From: Ascidiella aspersa
Taxonomy: Eukaryota
Reading direction: 5' to 3'
Length of the DNA stretch: 64,000 nt
Assembly: GCA_963924565.1 (NCBI GenBank)
Contig: OZ004607.1
Location: 7,502,001 to 7,566,000 of the forward strand
The notes beneath the pieces were generated by a model. The model ran no database searches, was not told the origin of the DNA, and saw nothing but the letters and a program-made list of their open reading frames with translations. The position numbers were made by a program, and so were the translations under genes. Below are positions 49,164 through 63,600 of the stretch, piece by piece. The stretch's first letter is position 1. Each line of letters starts with the position of its first letter.

Positions 49164-52100
49164 ATGATCACCATAGAAAGTCAAGCTACTGCTGAGACTC
49201 CGCCTTGCAAAGAAACAGAAGATGTGACTCTGATTGCTACAGAACAAACACACATGGAACACAACTATCGACGTATGTTTTATGTCTAATTAGTCTGAAC
49301 AAAGTTTCAAAGTAATGAAAGGTTTTTTAGCGCTGGTCTACAATCCTGTACCACTTTTATTTTACAGTTACGAGTGGTCAAAATTAATATTGCAAGGTAA
49401 AATAAGTGTGGGATAATAAATATAATAATTAGGGCCCGCAAAAGTAAATAAAGTTAAAATTTTACAAGGAGTTCTTCTATCCTCGAATCAAAGATTAAAG
49501 TTGTTTTCACCACCTAGGGGACTGTTTCTAAGAAGTTTATAGGTCAAAATAAAGTTAAAATTTACAATCAAGTCAAAATTTGTCAAATTATGGCTTTTGA
49601 CAAAGTTTTTGTAGTTTTTGTAAAAATCGTCGTGGAAGCATGTTAAATCTGAAACTGCGACACAATTAAGCCATATTAACCCATAAAAGCAGGAAATATG
49701 TCACAATGCCCACTTGGATCAGCAGTAACTTTTATCGCAAATTGTCCATTTTTTTATTCATAGTTACACATTTAAATAATTGTTATAAAACACTTCCTCT
49801 TCATAAACGTGGTCTTTTCGAAGATCAACAGTTTGGATCTTAGGAATAGCCTACTGACATTCTGTAATACAAAAAAGCCTAAGCAAGCTAAATCTATCGC
49901 CAGAAAACACGCCGCACTTTTTAAATCCATAAAACACCTTGACTTTTCGACAAAATATTACGTTTGGGTCTGAAAGCGACAAAATATTATGTTTGGGTAA
50001 CTGGCATCAATTCAAGGAAGAACTGTTACCTCTACAAATAAGCAATTTTGTTAGGTTAAAATACAGTTAAAATTTGATAAAAATAAAGTCAAAAATTTTT
50101 TTTAAAATAAAAATGGCCCTAATAATAATAATTGACCCACCCAAACCCCAGCCCAAAATGGCACCCTTACCTTAATAATGTTAGCATAAACCCTGGACAA
50201 AATAGTAGTAGGATTCTAGACCAGCTTCAGTTTTTCACCTGCCTTCTTTAAATAATGTACAGTTTTTGGACTCTGTGTGTTTCTCAAAGCACTTGATCAA
50301 AAACTTAATATTTTGATTTGTAACCAATTTAGGTAGTAAGTGCTTTGGTGAATGATCCATTCTATATAATGTGAATTCATTAATTATGAGTTTGCAAATG
50401 TATACTTACTTTTTTTTGAAAAAAAAATGTTTGTGTTTTTCATTCCAGTACAGTACTTTAGTAAATTATTAAAATAGTTTTATTGTTTGATACCATACCA
50501 CTTAGTAATGGACATCCATAGTTAAATTTTAACCTACTGTAGTTGTACTTTAGTGACTTTGTAGGATAACTTAACTTATGCTGTAGAATTCCTATTGTGT
50601 TAAACATTCATTGATTTGTTTTTTGGAAGAGATTACGTTGACCAATACATCATGTTGTATATTTAAAGTTTAAAAGGCTACAACTAATTTACAAAAATTG
50701 CTACACCTGATTTACAACTGTAGCATTTAATGAATAGCATAAATACAAGATACTTGTACTCTTGCAAGTTGCCTATTTTGTACAAATATTATATTTATTT
50801 TAGTTATGAGCATAGATGAGCTTAACAAACTTCTGAATGACAGTCAAGTTTCAAAAAATCAAAAGAAAAAAATCAAGAAACAAATCAAATGGTTTGAAGA
50901 CACTGATGCCAGAAGGTAAACGTGGTTCCTGTCTCACTTCAGTGTATATTTGTGTAATTGCTTGGGGTTTGTTTCTAAATTGTGCTTATTAAGCTATACA
51001 TTAATTTTGAAGTATGATGATGTTAATTTGTGGGTGACGCTTTAAATTTTCGCTGCATATAAGGAGCCCAATCTTTCTAAAATATAGAGTTCTTATCAAC
51101 ATATATTTTTTCAGAGAGCAACGAAAGAAGAGGAAAATAATCACGAAGAAGCAAAATGCTGCCAAAGGAATTAAAAGAATGAAGTTTGACACTAAAATCA
51201 CCACCACAGAAAACTTTAAAGATCTCTATCACATTACTGTTGATGCAAGTTTCGATGATTTAATGCTTAACAAAGATATGAAAAAGCTTGGAAAGCAAAT
51301 TGCCTGGTGCTACAAAGAAAATAGAAGGTCTGCACAGCCTGTACAGGTCAGTTGCCTTGTCAAATCAATATTGTTTTCAGAAATTAAGGTACCATTAGTA
51401 CAGACAAAATTTCCTACTAACTTTCCCAATTGTAATGAAAATTTGCAATAGCCGAATGATTTCCATTGACAGTATTGTTTTAGGGAACAATTTTTAAATG
51501 TAGATAAATCTTTATATCTTCAAACTCTTTAAAATCTGCAAATCGTTATTTGTGACAACAAATTAAGATATATGTGTACTGTATGGTGCATACATACTTA
51601 TTTTTAATTATATAGTGGTGAACAAAAAAACGGCAACAATGGGTTAATATTCATTGCCCTTGTCTCTTTTTTTAGGTGAATTATTCTAATGTGCAAATAT
51701 ATTATTATTTGAGATTGCAGTATCACATCTGCGGTATGGCTGAAAGACTCTCTTCGATGTTGGACCCTTCCTATCCAAACTGGGACGTTCATTTTGATGG
51801 AAAAGTGTTTGAATCTTTTGCAAAAGAGTCCATAACCTATCTCACTGCCGAATCACAAAATGTCCTGAAAGAGTTAAAACCAGGCACGGTGTACGTAATC
51901 GGTGGACTTGTGGACCATAACCATGAAAAGGTATATATTTATAATGTATTTTTATCCAGATAAAGAAAGTTGTGTAAAAATATGTTTTTTTCTATCTCGT
52001 TTAGCATATTTCTTTTATAATTGTATGAAAATGCCCTGCCTCTTAAGTACTAGAGATGTAAATAAAAAAATATAATGTTTTTTTGTTTCTCAAATTTGTC

Positions 52101-53039
52101 TATAATTGTATGGACTGAGGAAATGTTGTTGTTTTATTTACCGACAGTTGGCGGTAGTGTGTCGCTTTAATTTAGTGTAAGTTTTACGCAATCCAACGCG
52201 ATTCGCAATGATCTTAAACTTGTTAATAGCGCTAGAATAACCATGCAAACTGGTTGCTGGTTCAAGGGTAACGCGTTTCCATACAAAAAGCGGCTTTTCG
52301 GTTTGACGTGTAAAAAAATTAAAAATAGTCGTTCGTTTTTGATTTCCAGGGCTTGTGCCATCGGCTCGCCATCGAGAATGGCGTTGAAACGGCGCGATTA
52401 CCTTTGGCGGAAAACTTTGATATCAAGTCGAGAAAGGTGCTCACTGTAAACCACGGTATGTAATTTGACTTCCTGTTAACGTTTGACGACTACACTAACC
52501 TTAATATATAGAATAGGATTTTAGGCGGATCGTAGAGTTCAACTTCCTGTCTATATTTTAATGTTTCGTGTTGCGGCATTCTGTTCCTAGCGTAACATAG
52601 TCTACCATGTCTGTCTAACAAATTCACCTCAACGTGCATTGCACAACGATTTAGCTTTACATCGCATTAAACAAGCTCACATTTTTCGACCGATATTCAA
52701 AATCAGTATGATTCCATACTATTGATCGTGCTTATAGATAAATGGCGTATTTTCGTTCTCAGTCGTAAAACCTTTTCGTTTCTCGCAGTTTTCGAGATTC
52801 TGTTGGCGTTTCGTTCAACTGGCGATTGGAAGGAAGCCATAACTAAAGTTCTGCCGACCAAAAAGCTGACGAACCAGTCCAGAAGATCGACGAAGAAACA
52901 TCAAAACCAAAGCGGAAAAGAAGTTGGTCCCGAAAGTGATGGGCAAGAAGAGGAAGAAGAATTTAGCGAAAGTGAAAACTTTGAAAACAAAAGCGTCGAA
53001 AAGGAGTCGGAACTAAAATCCACGGAACAGTTGAGCTAA
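49164..53039 (+). CDS. TRMT10A: tRNA m1G9 methyltransferase (Trm10/SPOUT family)
   Basis: Exons 49164-49272 (first exon less certain, but phase-compatible), 50804-50915, 51115-51346, 51721-51930, 52350-52455, 52789-53039. Motifs [65 protein letters not shown]. Confidence 0.9.
49332..50225. mobile_element. Nested MITEs in TRMT10A intron 1
   Basis: Outer TIR GCTGGTCTACAATCCT / AGGATTCTAGACCAGC (relatives ~12690-12880, ~32857-33125). Inner element 49430-50121, TAGGGCC...GGCCCTA, with perfect TSD ATAATAAT. Confidence 0.72.
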
Positions 53040-53298
53040 TATAAAAGCGCTTATCTGCCAAATGAGTTAAGCAATGTGGGTATAACGTTATACTCAGACT
53101 TGAAGAAGGTTTCGGTAAAAAACAACCAAATAAGAAAATCCTAATAGTGTCAGATAAAATCGATGTGTACCGATTGTTAACTAAAGATAATTCCTATGAA
53201 TATACATTTCGAAACGTTGACATCTTGCCAGTTTACATGACCTGTAGGCTTTGTGTTATTCCCATTAAACAGAATATAACATCGGTAGTGTTGTAAGG

Positions 53299-53504
53299 GG
53301 GTAATACTAATTTACGGAATGATGAATGGTCGGAACGCTCACTAATTTAAGTGTTACCCCGTTAAAACAATTATTAAACCAACGCACAATATTTGAGTTA
53401 CGGTGGGGGTTAGCGTTTGGGTGAAGGTGGGTCAAGTGTTATTATATTTAATAATAATACTGTGAGCGTTCCGACCATTCATCATTCCGTATTAAGTGTT
53501 ACCC
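53299..53504. mobile_element. Fold-back MITE with ~44-bp inverted arms
   Basis: GGGTAATAC...TACGGAATGATGAATGGTCGGAACGCTCAC and its inverse; perfect TSD TTGTAAGG. Confidence 0.85.
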
Positions 53505-54055
53505 TTGTAAGGTGGTTAGCAAGGTTGTGGCGATATATTCCCGGTCTTTATTTGTGTTTTCTCGATTTTTAAGATTTTCTGGCAATCTCTGCATTTACAG
53601 ATTGTAAAAATCGATCTAGTTGCAACCAAATAATTTATTTGCCAAATTTAGTTATTATGGGCCACTTTTTAAGTTTGAGAGTTTTTTTTTTTATTAACTG
53701 TCTTCTGGAATCCGTGTGTATTTAAAGATGTTTTACTAAGTTCGAGGCACTATCTTGCCAGTCAATGGTGTCTGTTCCTTAACTTGTGGTTCGAAAAGTA
53801 ATGTACCACATTGACGGTTGAAGCTCTGCCTAACGCAAAATACATGAAATAAACACAAGCGAGTTATTTTGTATTCGCAAGATCATCGAGCAGCCTTAAC
53901 GCAACAGAAAGAGTCACGTATTAAAGCGTTTAGTATCTAATTCTAACGTGTGCAAGTTTTCAAGCGGGTCGTTCTCGGCGTGAAGAATTGTCACGCCTTA
54001 TTGAGAAAGGTCATCCTGCTGTTTCCTGTTCGTTTCGTCGACAAAGCTGTTCTGG

Positions 54056-55128
54056 TTCTGCCGGCCACACCCTCTTCCCACGCGTTTTTTTTTTTTATGA
54101 AAACCATGTTTTTTGCTGTTTGGCCGGTTCCGCCCTGACAACTACCGTTTACTTCAACCGAGCGTATAATCATGGATTATATAGTATAGTCGCGACTATC
54201 AAAACTTGGACTGTTGGGCATTTCTCCGTAAAAACATGATTTTGACAATCCGGCGTTATTTTAGGGTTGCCTTTTTGTTAGGGAAGCAGACTTGAGGTTT
54301 AAAATCGAAAATCGTAAGATCAGCCACTTGTTGAAAATAAATTTATGTGCATGGCTCTGAAAAGTAATACGATAGTTAGTTTTTTCACTGCATTTTGGCA
54401 AAAAAAAAATTTTTCTGTTATTTTTGTGATAATAAAATGACATAATTTGGCTTCCAAATGGTAAATAAGCGCATGGCTAATTTTAGAACATAAATATTTT
54501 GTTCAGTAATCTATTCAACCCAGTTTACGTATTTACTGTTGTTAATCTGGAAAAGTTATACGGGTTGTTAAGACAAACTGCTGTTTTTTCATTCTGCCGG
54601 CCACACCCTCTTCCCACGCGCTTTTTTAATGAAAACCATGTTTTTTGCTGTTTGGCCGGTTCCGCCCTGACAACTACCGTTTACTTCAACCGAGCGTATA
54701 ATCATGGATTATATAGTATAGTCGCGACTATCAAAACTTGGACTGTAGGGCATTTCTCCGTAAAAACATGATTTTGACAGTCCGGCGTTATTAGGGTTAC
54801 TTTTTTGTTAGGGCAAGTAAACTCGAGGATTAAAATCGAAATAAAATGTAAGACCATACACTTGTTGAAAATAAATGAATGTGCAATTGTGCATGGCTCT
54901 GAAAAGTAATACGATAGTTAGTTTTTTCACTGCCTTTTGGCAAAAAAAAAATCCTGTTATTTTTGTGATAATAAAATTGCATAATTTGGCTTCCAAATGG
55001 TAAATAAGCGCATGGCTAATTTTAGAACATAAATATTTTTATCAGTAATCTATCCAACCCAGTTTACGTATTTACTGTTAATCTGAAAAAGTTATACGAG
55101 CTGTTAAGATAAAACTACTGTTTTTTTA
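54056..55128. repeat. Recent tandem duplication, period about 536 bp, downstream of TSSK
   Basis: TTCTGCCGGCCACACCCTCTTCCCACGCG at 54056 and 54592, with long near-identical stretches after each. Confidence 0.9.
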
Positions 55129-55235
55129 TGGGTTTAATATTAGCTGTTGTAACATTAAAAGTTATACGAGTTGCGAAAATTAATCAGTCCAACCATACAC
55201 GTTGGCGTTTCTGGCTTTATTGTTATAAACGACAA

Positions 55236-56165
55236 TCATCGTCTCGATGAAGTGGCAGATGAACTTGAAATATCGCTTCCAAGGCCGGAATCAGTGGCGC
55301 TGAGACTTGGCTGCAGTTTGCTCTTCGGTATTGTGAGTAGCCATTCGTCCTTCATGATGCGAGCCAGGTTGTATCGCTTGCTCAGATCAAAGCATAGTAT
55401 GTTGGTGACAAGCTTCTTGAAACCCTCGTTGAGCGTGTCGGCTTTCGGAAACGACGGAATCTTCTGCTGATCTTGCATGAGCTGCTTGATACTGGTGTCG
55501 CGATAAGGCATCACCCCACAGCCCATTATAAAGAGAATCACTCCTATACTCCAGATGTCGGGCACAGGACCCTGGTACGGAATTCCACGCAGAACTTCGG
55601 GTGCCGCGTAGGCCGCACTGCCACAGTACGTGGTTCCTAGCTCTTGAGGCACCAGCGTTCTGCCAAATCCGAAATCGGCGATTTTGACAACGTCGTCCAC
55701 CGTTAGGAGGATGTTTTCGCATTTCAGGTCCCTATGGATGATATTTAAACCATGAAGGTACTTTAAACCAGAGCACATTTCCGTGAAGTACTTGTTCGTT
55801 TTGAAATCACTGAGGGAACCGTTCGTCCTAATGTACTCCAACATGTCGCCATGACCAGCCCTTTCCAGCGCCATGTAAATCTTATGCCCCTCGGTAAATA
55901 CCTCGTACATTCTAATGATGTTTTTGTGCTTTACTTTTTCCATTATTTCGCATTCGCGCGGCCAAAACTTTTCCAGAAAATCTTTCGGTGCGGTTGTGCG
56001 GTTGATTATCTTCAGCGCAACGCCGCGCTCGATGCTATCTTTCTTCCATGACGCCGACTTTACCTTTGAATAGCTGCCTTCTCCCAAAGTGTTCTGTATT
56101 GTGTAACCCCTACTCAGCAGCGCTCTATCATCGTTGCTGACTAAGGAATTATTTAGTCTTCCCAT
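55236..56165 (-). CDS. TSSK: Testis-specific serine/threonine kinase (TSSK family), intronless, 309 aa
   Basis: GEGSYSKV, VALK, APKDFLEKFWPRE, HRDLKCEN, DFGF and TYCGSAAYAAPE are characteristic of TSSKs. Confidence 0.9.
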   Translation of the reverse strand: MGRLNNSLVSNDDRALLSRGYTIQNTLGEGSYSKVKSASWKKDSIERGVALKIINRTTAPKDFLEKFWPRECEIMEKVKHKNIIRMYEVFTEGHKIYMALERAGHGDMLEYIRTNGSLSDFKTNKYFTEMCSGLKYLHGLNIIHRDLKCENILLTVDDVVKIADFGFGRTLVPQELGTTYCGSAAYAAPEVLRGIPYQGPVPDIWSIGVILFIMGCGVMPYRDTSIKQLMQDQQKIPSFPKADTLNEGFKKLVTNILCFDLSKRYNLARIMKDEWLLTIPKSKLQPSLSATDSGLGSDISSSSATSSRR

Positions 56166-59100
56166 TTAAAACAGTCATAGTTACCAGTTGAGTTTGAGTT
56201 ATTTAGATCCTATTAAGTATCAAGCGCAAATTCTGCTTTAGTAATTTACTGGAGTTCTGTGACGAAACAATCTGAGGTTGACCGGTTACCAGATTCGCAA
56301 TGAACTCAAATCGGAATACGTCATTGTTTACGAATGCAAATAGATGGGCGTTCGTAATGTTAGTATTGTGGAAAATATTGTCGGGCCAGTGTGAATTTTT
56401 GTCTGTTTCTAAGCGCAAGCCAAGCAGTGTGGCGCGGTCTTTGCGCCAAATGTCACCTATCCTTTGGCAGCTTTAAACTGATGGTTATTCGCAATATTTT
56501 TCAGTATAGAAAACTAAAAGACGTGATCCCTAAATTTTCGTTGTACTTTTTCGATGTTGTTTCTTAACATTATGTTGTTTTTAATATTAGAACACTTCAA
56601 TGTTCGGTAACCAGTGTTCAGTTTTTTTTAAGATGTGCTGTAGTTGAAAGTAGGTAATAAAGTTTATTTCTGTTATTGGTAGTGTTCAATAAAAAGCAGA
56701 CAGCAGACGTTTACTGTCGATTGCGTTAGATTTAGTAGATTTTTAAAATTAAGAATCTTATTGGTTGCTTTGAACAGTTTAACTCGTATAGTATTGCTTA
56801 AAATGCACAGATGAGGTAAAAATTGTCTTGTAAATATTTATATATATTAGATCACTAAATTAAACAACTCCAAACACAGGTAATGCCAATTTATCTTAAA
56901 CTTTAAGTACCAGTTAGTTGTACCCAACATTGTAGCTTGGCACTTTAATTTAACAAAAACTTATTTATTGAAGGTCACACTTTTGGATAATTAAAAACTA
57001 ATTGTATTCAGGAGTTGCCATAACATTGTATATATTTAACAACCACCTTACTGTACTTTTTTGTACTTTTTTACTGTTGTCGGGTGAAATGTAAAACAAA
57101 CTTCCAAAATTAAGGGTATGTAAATATTTTATTTTTTTCTATAATTTGACATTACAATAACATGGTGATAACACAATAAGACTCAAACCCCAAAACTTGT
57201 TAGAAATAAGACCAAGCTTTATTGCAGCCCAAACCTATGTTATGTTTGGTAAAATTATGAATTCGGACATTTAATTCATCATTGTCAAATTCGATTTGTG
57301 CAATAATTTCTACATTAGGTATGTCACATAAGTACAAATTACTAATTAGACTATATTAAAAGTTTGTTTATCCAATAATGAAGAGCTTGAAAAACTTTGT
57401 TTGTGATTTTCTACGAATTATCCTGCTTAAATTTTGTTTTATTTTTGGTATTTTGTTTTCATCAGTATTGTTAGCATCACTTACTTTACTAAAAGAAATT
57501 GTTTTCATTAGGTAGTCGTTTTAAAATAACTGTTTTTATTAGTCTCTTTTCAAAGCACTAGATAATTTAATCAAAAGGTTATTTTTAATTGTTAACACTT
57601 AAATTAATGATAATGTTGCCTGTAACACAAGGCTGCCCATCTATGTTTTGAAAATATTAAAACAATTTTATTGCAAGGAGTTTATGACCTGTTTACATAC
57701 AGAATCCAAAAAATAGAATTAGGAATAAAAAACTTAAGTGTTTCATTTTATGGGCCCCTGGGGTCCTGGGTTACCATGGTGCAAATAAATTATGTATGCA
57801 TTGTATTTTACAAAATTGAAAGTTTATTTGTAGGGTGAACAATACAAATGGTTATTTCTAAAATTTTTGATATGATTTAAAAAAACTTTGTTATAAATCA
57901 ATATATATACATATATGTAATTTCAGCTTTGTTTTTGGTCAACAATAACAATTTAGATCATTTGGAAAACCTGTTTTAAAATTATAAAGGTCACATTTAC
58001 ATATTTAGTTCATTTAATTTGTCAAATACTGTTTATTGCAACAAATGTCCATAAAGCATTAGCATGTTTCAAAAAAATATTTTTGAAAACTAGTGTACCT
58101 CAAATAATTAACTTTTCTACAGTTAATTATGCAACACTAGGTGTAATACATTTTAAAAAACAAACAAATAACTTGCTTTTCACCAACTATATATTTGCTA
58201 AAGATTTTTTTATTCTTAAAGAGAAAATCAAAGGTGTTATGCAGCAATTAAGGATCTGAAAACTTTTAAGTTTCGGCCACTCAGGACAGTGCACAATCAA
58301 GCCACGGGCACAGGATGTCTTTGTCATTTCTTTCCTGCTTTTTAATTCTTAGAAGTTTAATTGGATATCAGCTCCCAGTGCAATCAGCTTGACAGGACTT
58401 CCAGCAAAGTGCCAGGGAAAGCATCAGTTCTCACACTTTTAGTAACATATACTGGTCAGTTATTGGTTAACTATGCTTCACAAAAGAAAGGAAGTTTGTG
58501 TGTGTTGTGAGTTTTTTAAAAAGTAATCCGGTTCAACCACATGAATATGTATCCATAAAAAAGTTTGACGCTGATTTACCCATGAGCCACATATCACTTT
58601 CCCAATTGTCAAACTTTAGCAAACTGGACTGTAGAAACTAATATTGGTTTGGTGTTAGTATTACATCGCATGAATCATTGTTGAACAGCATGTATGACAT
58701 CAAAGCCTATTTCCCTGTTTGACAAGGTTGTTGCAAAGCTATAATGATGACGGAAATGCTTTAGCCTGTTGTTCAGAAAGTTAACATCTGTATATTATTG
58801 GTGCACTGTGAGTGCGTTTTTTTTTCAAGTTTCACAAAGGAACTGATATTGTTGTATATAAGCAGTTTACTTCTCAATACTATCAATCACTTTCATAGGT
58901 TCAATATGTTGGGTATTTTCTACAGAAACTGATATTGTTACTAAGTTTCTCAGTAATGACAGATTTCCTGTCTAAATGGTTTCAGTAACCAGTATCTACT
59001 GTATATGTTCAAAAAGATTAATTGCAAAGGAAGTAATTAAAATATTTGATATGAAAAAGTGATCAGTTAAAAATTCCCTACTAAATTGTGATGCGGTTGA

Positions 59101-60621
59101 TTACTCTGTTCATACCAATTTAACTTTTACAGCACTGCATTTGTGTTTGAAGTGAATTTCAGATGTCTCTTTAATTATGGCCACCCCCACTGTTGTGGCA
59201 CAGTGTGCGAAAAACCTTCCAGCCAACAGCAGGCAGATTCTAGACGGCCAGGCATTGGAAGAGATTATGCACACACCACTGGTGCCATTGTTTACATTAT
59301 GGGGGGCAACCAAGTCACTATATAATTCATGTTTCCTTTGTGTGCCATGACACAGTGCGGTGTGGAACAAGGTTTTGACAATTGAAGTGCGGTTTACAGG
59401 CAACCGTCCAAGCAGTCTGTCAGACTGCCTGACAGCTGAGGTACCTGGATCTATCGGTTCACGATTGTTGCATGCATTGTTGCATTGGCTGGTGCACAGC
59501 CAGAAAACATTTGCACAAATTTGCCAAATATTTTTCTAGCCATCTACTCAGGTGGAAATTCTTTAGATGGTAGCTCTATTAGGTTGAATATGTCCAATAG
59601 CCAAGCCCTTTTGCAATGCAAATTATATTGTGTTTAAAGGATAGTAATTTGTTTTAGTAGGTGGACAGGCAACCACATCGTTGCTTACAAAATTATATGC
59701 AAATGTTTAAAATATATAAAAAAATGTATGTATACAAAAAGGTAGGTATAAATCTCCAAATGTATAACTTGTTGTTGCTGTCTGCTGCTCATTGATTAGA
59801 ATATTCACCATGTAAACATGCAGAGAAATGTCTATTTTTAGCATATAAATTTAAAATAACCCTTGGAAACTTTTTTTGTATGTTCCCTTCAGGTATTTTT
59901 AGATTATTAATTACGGAGTTTTATACATATGCTGAAACCATTCTTATTTGTCCAGGCTTTTTTATACTCTTTTGTGTGTAAAAAGTAGATTTAGAACTCA
60001 AAATAACCTTTTTTGCCCAGTCTTTATAATGTTTCTAATCTAAACAATGAAACATAAAACTGCCAGGGGTTATCCAACAACTCTTTTGTTTGTGTGGAAG
60101 CCAGACACTGTTGACACCTGATTATGGCCCCAGGGTGAAAGTTACCAAGCTGTAATCTACTGTAAAATTAAGAGCATTCAGACATTGGTGAAACTTTCAT
60201 GGTGCAGCTGGTTGATTCAAGGAGTTTTTGTACCAGGTTGTTGTATGAAATTGTTCAGAGAAACAAAGCATCTAGTTGAACTCAAAAAAAGTTTTATTTG
60301 ATAGGAAAATTTCTTTATATTTAGTAGCCACTAAAATGACTTTATTTTAAGATTATAGTTGTTTTATATAGTCAGTGAATTTTGGTAATATATTGTTTAA
60401 CGTTTTACATACTGCATTTTAGTGAAGTAGCGACATGTAGAACTCTAAATGATTTACAATCTCACCATGGTCCAATGTAATAGATCCAGTTAACTTTAGC
60501 AGTTTGGCCTGATTTTTTTAACCCTGGATATTTTGTGCTTTCTTATCTTCTCAGGTTAACCTAACAATCCGTTAAACCCTGCCTAAATCTGCCTGCAAGC
60601 AGCTGTTTTATGCGGACCTAA

Positions 60622-63600
60622 ATGAAGCGGCCGCAGTACAACCAATTGGGACAGTCCTCCTCTTCCCAGCCAATGCCAGTGGAACACTTTGGCGACAACT
60701 ATGTTGTCGATCCGATCCTTGACCTGCAGTTTCACTTTCAGGTTGGCTTCCATCGAGAGCCGGTTGTGGTACGCCGAAGCGAAATGACCCTCACCTACCT
60801 GAAGGAGCGTGCTTGTCAGGTTCTTGAGAAACAGGTATGTATGTGGGCCTACTGTGTGTTTTTCTAGAAATGTTTCCTGGTTTTATATTTGTTGTTAAGG
60901 TGCCCTTTCTCTGGCATGTACCCTATAGATAGCTTCTTGAAAAAATTGAACAATATTGTTTTTTGGGAATATATAAGTTAAATTATGAATTTTGAATTAG
61001 TTGTCAATGTGGAAAGATTTTAAATTAAGTGTTTTTGTCACAGTGTACAAAAACGTATTCCCTTTGCTCCCATAGACATATAGGTATATTTATAGTATTT
61101 TCTCCATTTTTATCAAAGAAATGTTTAAACACTAATACTTTACCATGTTTTTTTCTACCTATATATATATTCTTGTGATTACTTCTAGTTTGTACAAGCA
61201 CAAATCTGCCTAAAATTATCTGAAAAGATCCACCTCTTTATTCATGACACAAGTGCGAAAAACATCCTCACAATTGTTACGACTGTCGACCAGCTAAGGA
61301 ATGGTGCACTTGTCGAAGTAGTGCTATCTTGTAAGCTTATATAGTTTGTTAAGTTATGCTTTTTAATATTATAATTAGGGCGAATATTTTTTGACTTGTC
61401 AAAAAAAGTCAAAATTTACACGTTAGGTCAAAATCGAATAAAATGCACATAAAATCGTTTACAAAATTAAAAAAAAAATCAAAAAAAATCAGCTTTTTCA
61501 AATTGGTCGCTCAGTTGTTTGAAATTTATCGTTCAATTTTATCGGAAAAAATTAGTTTTGATTCATGTTCAAAGTCATTTTAACCGTATTATATCATCAT
61601 TAGAGCAATATACGGTATAAAAAACGCGCGATTAACGACGCCTAGGTTATTTAAATCAATGTATTTTTAACAGGTCAAATTTTGTCAAAATAAATTATTT
61701 TTAGGTCAAAATTTGTCAAAATTTTAATTTTTCAGGTAAAAATTTCAAATTTTTTCGGTCAAAAAATATTCGCTCCTAATTATAATTAACCATATTGCTA
61801 ATTAATATTGAATAGTCCGTATAGCCATGTACAGTAGTTCAGTAGTAAAAGAAAATATGTTAACAGGTCAATTGGTAATTGTATAAACGCTTTATAAATA
61901 AGACAAAATAAACATATATAAATATATCCATCTGATATATATTTTTTTTATTTAGAGTTGATCATTTTTCAAAATAGATAAAAATATATTATAATTTAAA
62001 AAAATATTCTTTGCTCAAGTCTTAACCTCACCTTTCCTGTCACACTGTATTTTTATTTTCTTGATGCCCATAATAACAACCTTGGTATGTGTAGCTGATT
62101 ATGGTATAAGAAAATAGTCTTTGCTGTAAGTCTTAACTGATTTTACTGTCACATTGTATTTGCCTTTTTTGTTGCTCACAATAATAACCTTGGTCTGTGC
62201 AGCTGATTATGGTGGTGAAAACTTGAAGATTCGTCCCCACATCCTGTCTGTTCATTCCTATCGCTCACCAGCCTTTTGCGATGACTGTGGAGAAATGCTT
62301 TGGGGAATTGTGCGTCAAGGATTGCGCTGTGAAGGTAATTCATATAAAGCCTGACCTTATTTTCTCAGCAGCTATCATAAAACTATATGTGTGCGTGTTT
62401 AACTATAAATCTTGTGTTGAGGATGCCCAAAACGATGTACCCTTTTGCGATTTCACATATTTTCACAAGTGTTGAAAAATAATGTGCAAAAATGTAAACT
62501 CAGAAATACCAACATTTATAGGGATACTGACAAACATAAGTTCCGAGCTCTTCTTTATTTTTATATGTCTTGTTATAAAGTCTAGGGCTTTCACAGTGTT
62601 TTTGCTTATTGTTCGCTCTGTATGCCTCTCAAACTTTGGTGTGTTTGCTTATAAAACTTCCCTGAGGGAATTGCAACTCAACACATTTCAGGCTGATTAA
62701 ATCTGACAGGCCTGGATTTTGGTTCAACGTTATAGTTGTTATCTGAACGTTCCTTTTTTGGTTTAGAATAGTTATTACTTAGCTGAGAAATCATATACAA
62801 ATTTAGTTTCAATTCTTAAAACAAGCTATCAGAATAATTTATTTTATTTGTCTTAATAAAGTATTTGTGCAAACTTTCGAACTGTATGACAATCTTAAAG
62901 GCAAAAAAGTTAGGTGGCGATTAAGTTGCTTTGGTTTCAAAATTACTGCATAACATACCAAAAATTGAATGCTACAGTATTTATCACTCTAATTTTTCGT
63001 CAGTATTCAAGTGCTCTTTGATGTGGCAGGTTGTGGCCAGAACTATCACAAGCGATGTGCTTATCGAATTCCAAATGACTGCACGCTGGCGCGGAAGCGA
63101 AAGGCATCCTCTTCAGTTTCACTTTCAACCAACGGGCCGTTGCAACCTCAACTTTCTAACACTGTAAGTGAAACTCTTTTGACTTGGGAACTGATCATCC
63201 AACTTTGCATGCATACAATGGGCCATTCTTACAGTGACTCTATGAATTTTGAGCAATTTTTTACATATTTTGTATAGCACTGAACCATGGACTAGTTTCA
63301 CCTTAGTAAAACGGCAGGTTAAGAAAATTGTATACATTCCTTTCTCTGGCATTTATTTTCGTAGAACCCCCAAAACTCTATTCACCGTTAATTTGGACAT
63401 AAAATTTTGCTGTCAATGTTTGGTAAACGTTCAGAAGATTTCTATTTTTTTGTAATTTATGCTGTAAAAGTAATATACAAATTTACTACTTGTCGTACTA
63501 TAAAATAAAGTTTCTTAAAAATAATTTTTATTCTCATAAACTATTTTATTCTTTGTTCACTTTTAATATAAAAACACCATCTTTTCAACTTTTTGTATAA

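Noticed and set aside
53950-59403. Short ORFs in the tandem repeat and the PRKD upstream region
   Set aside because: No recognisable motifs or splice-consistent structure; likely chance ORFs.
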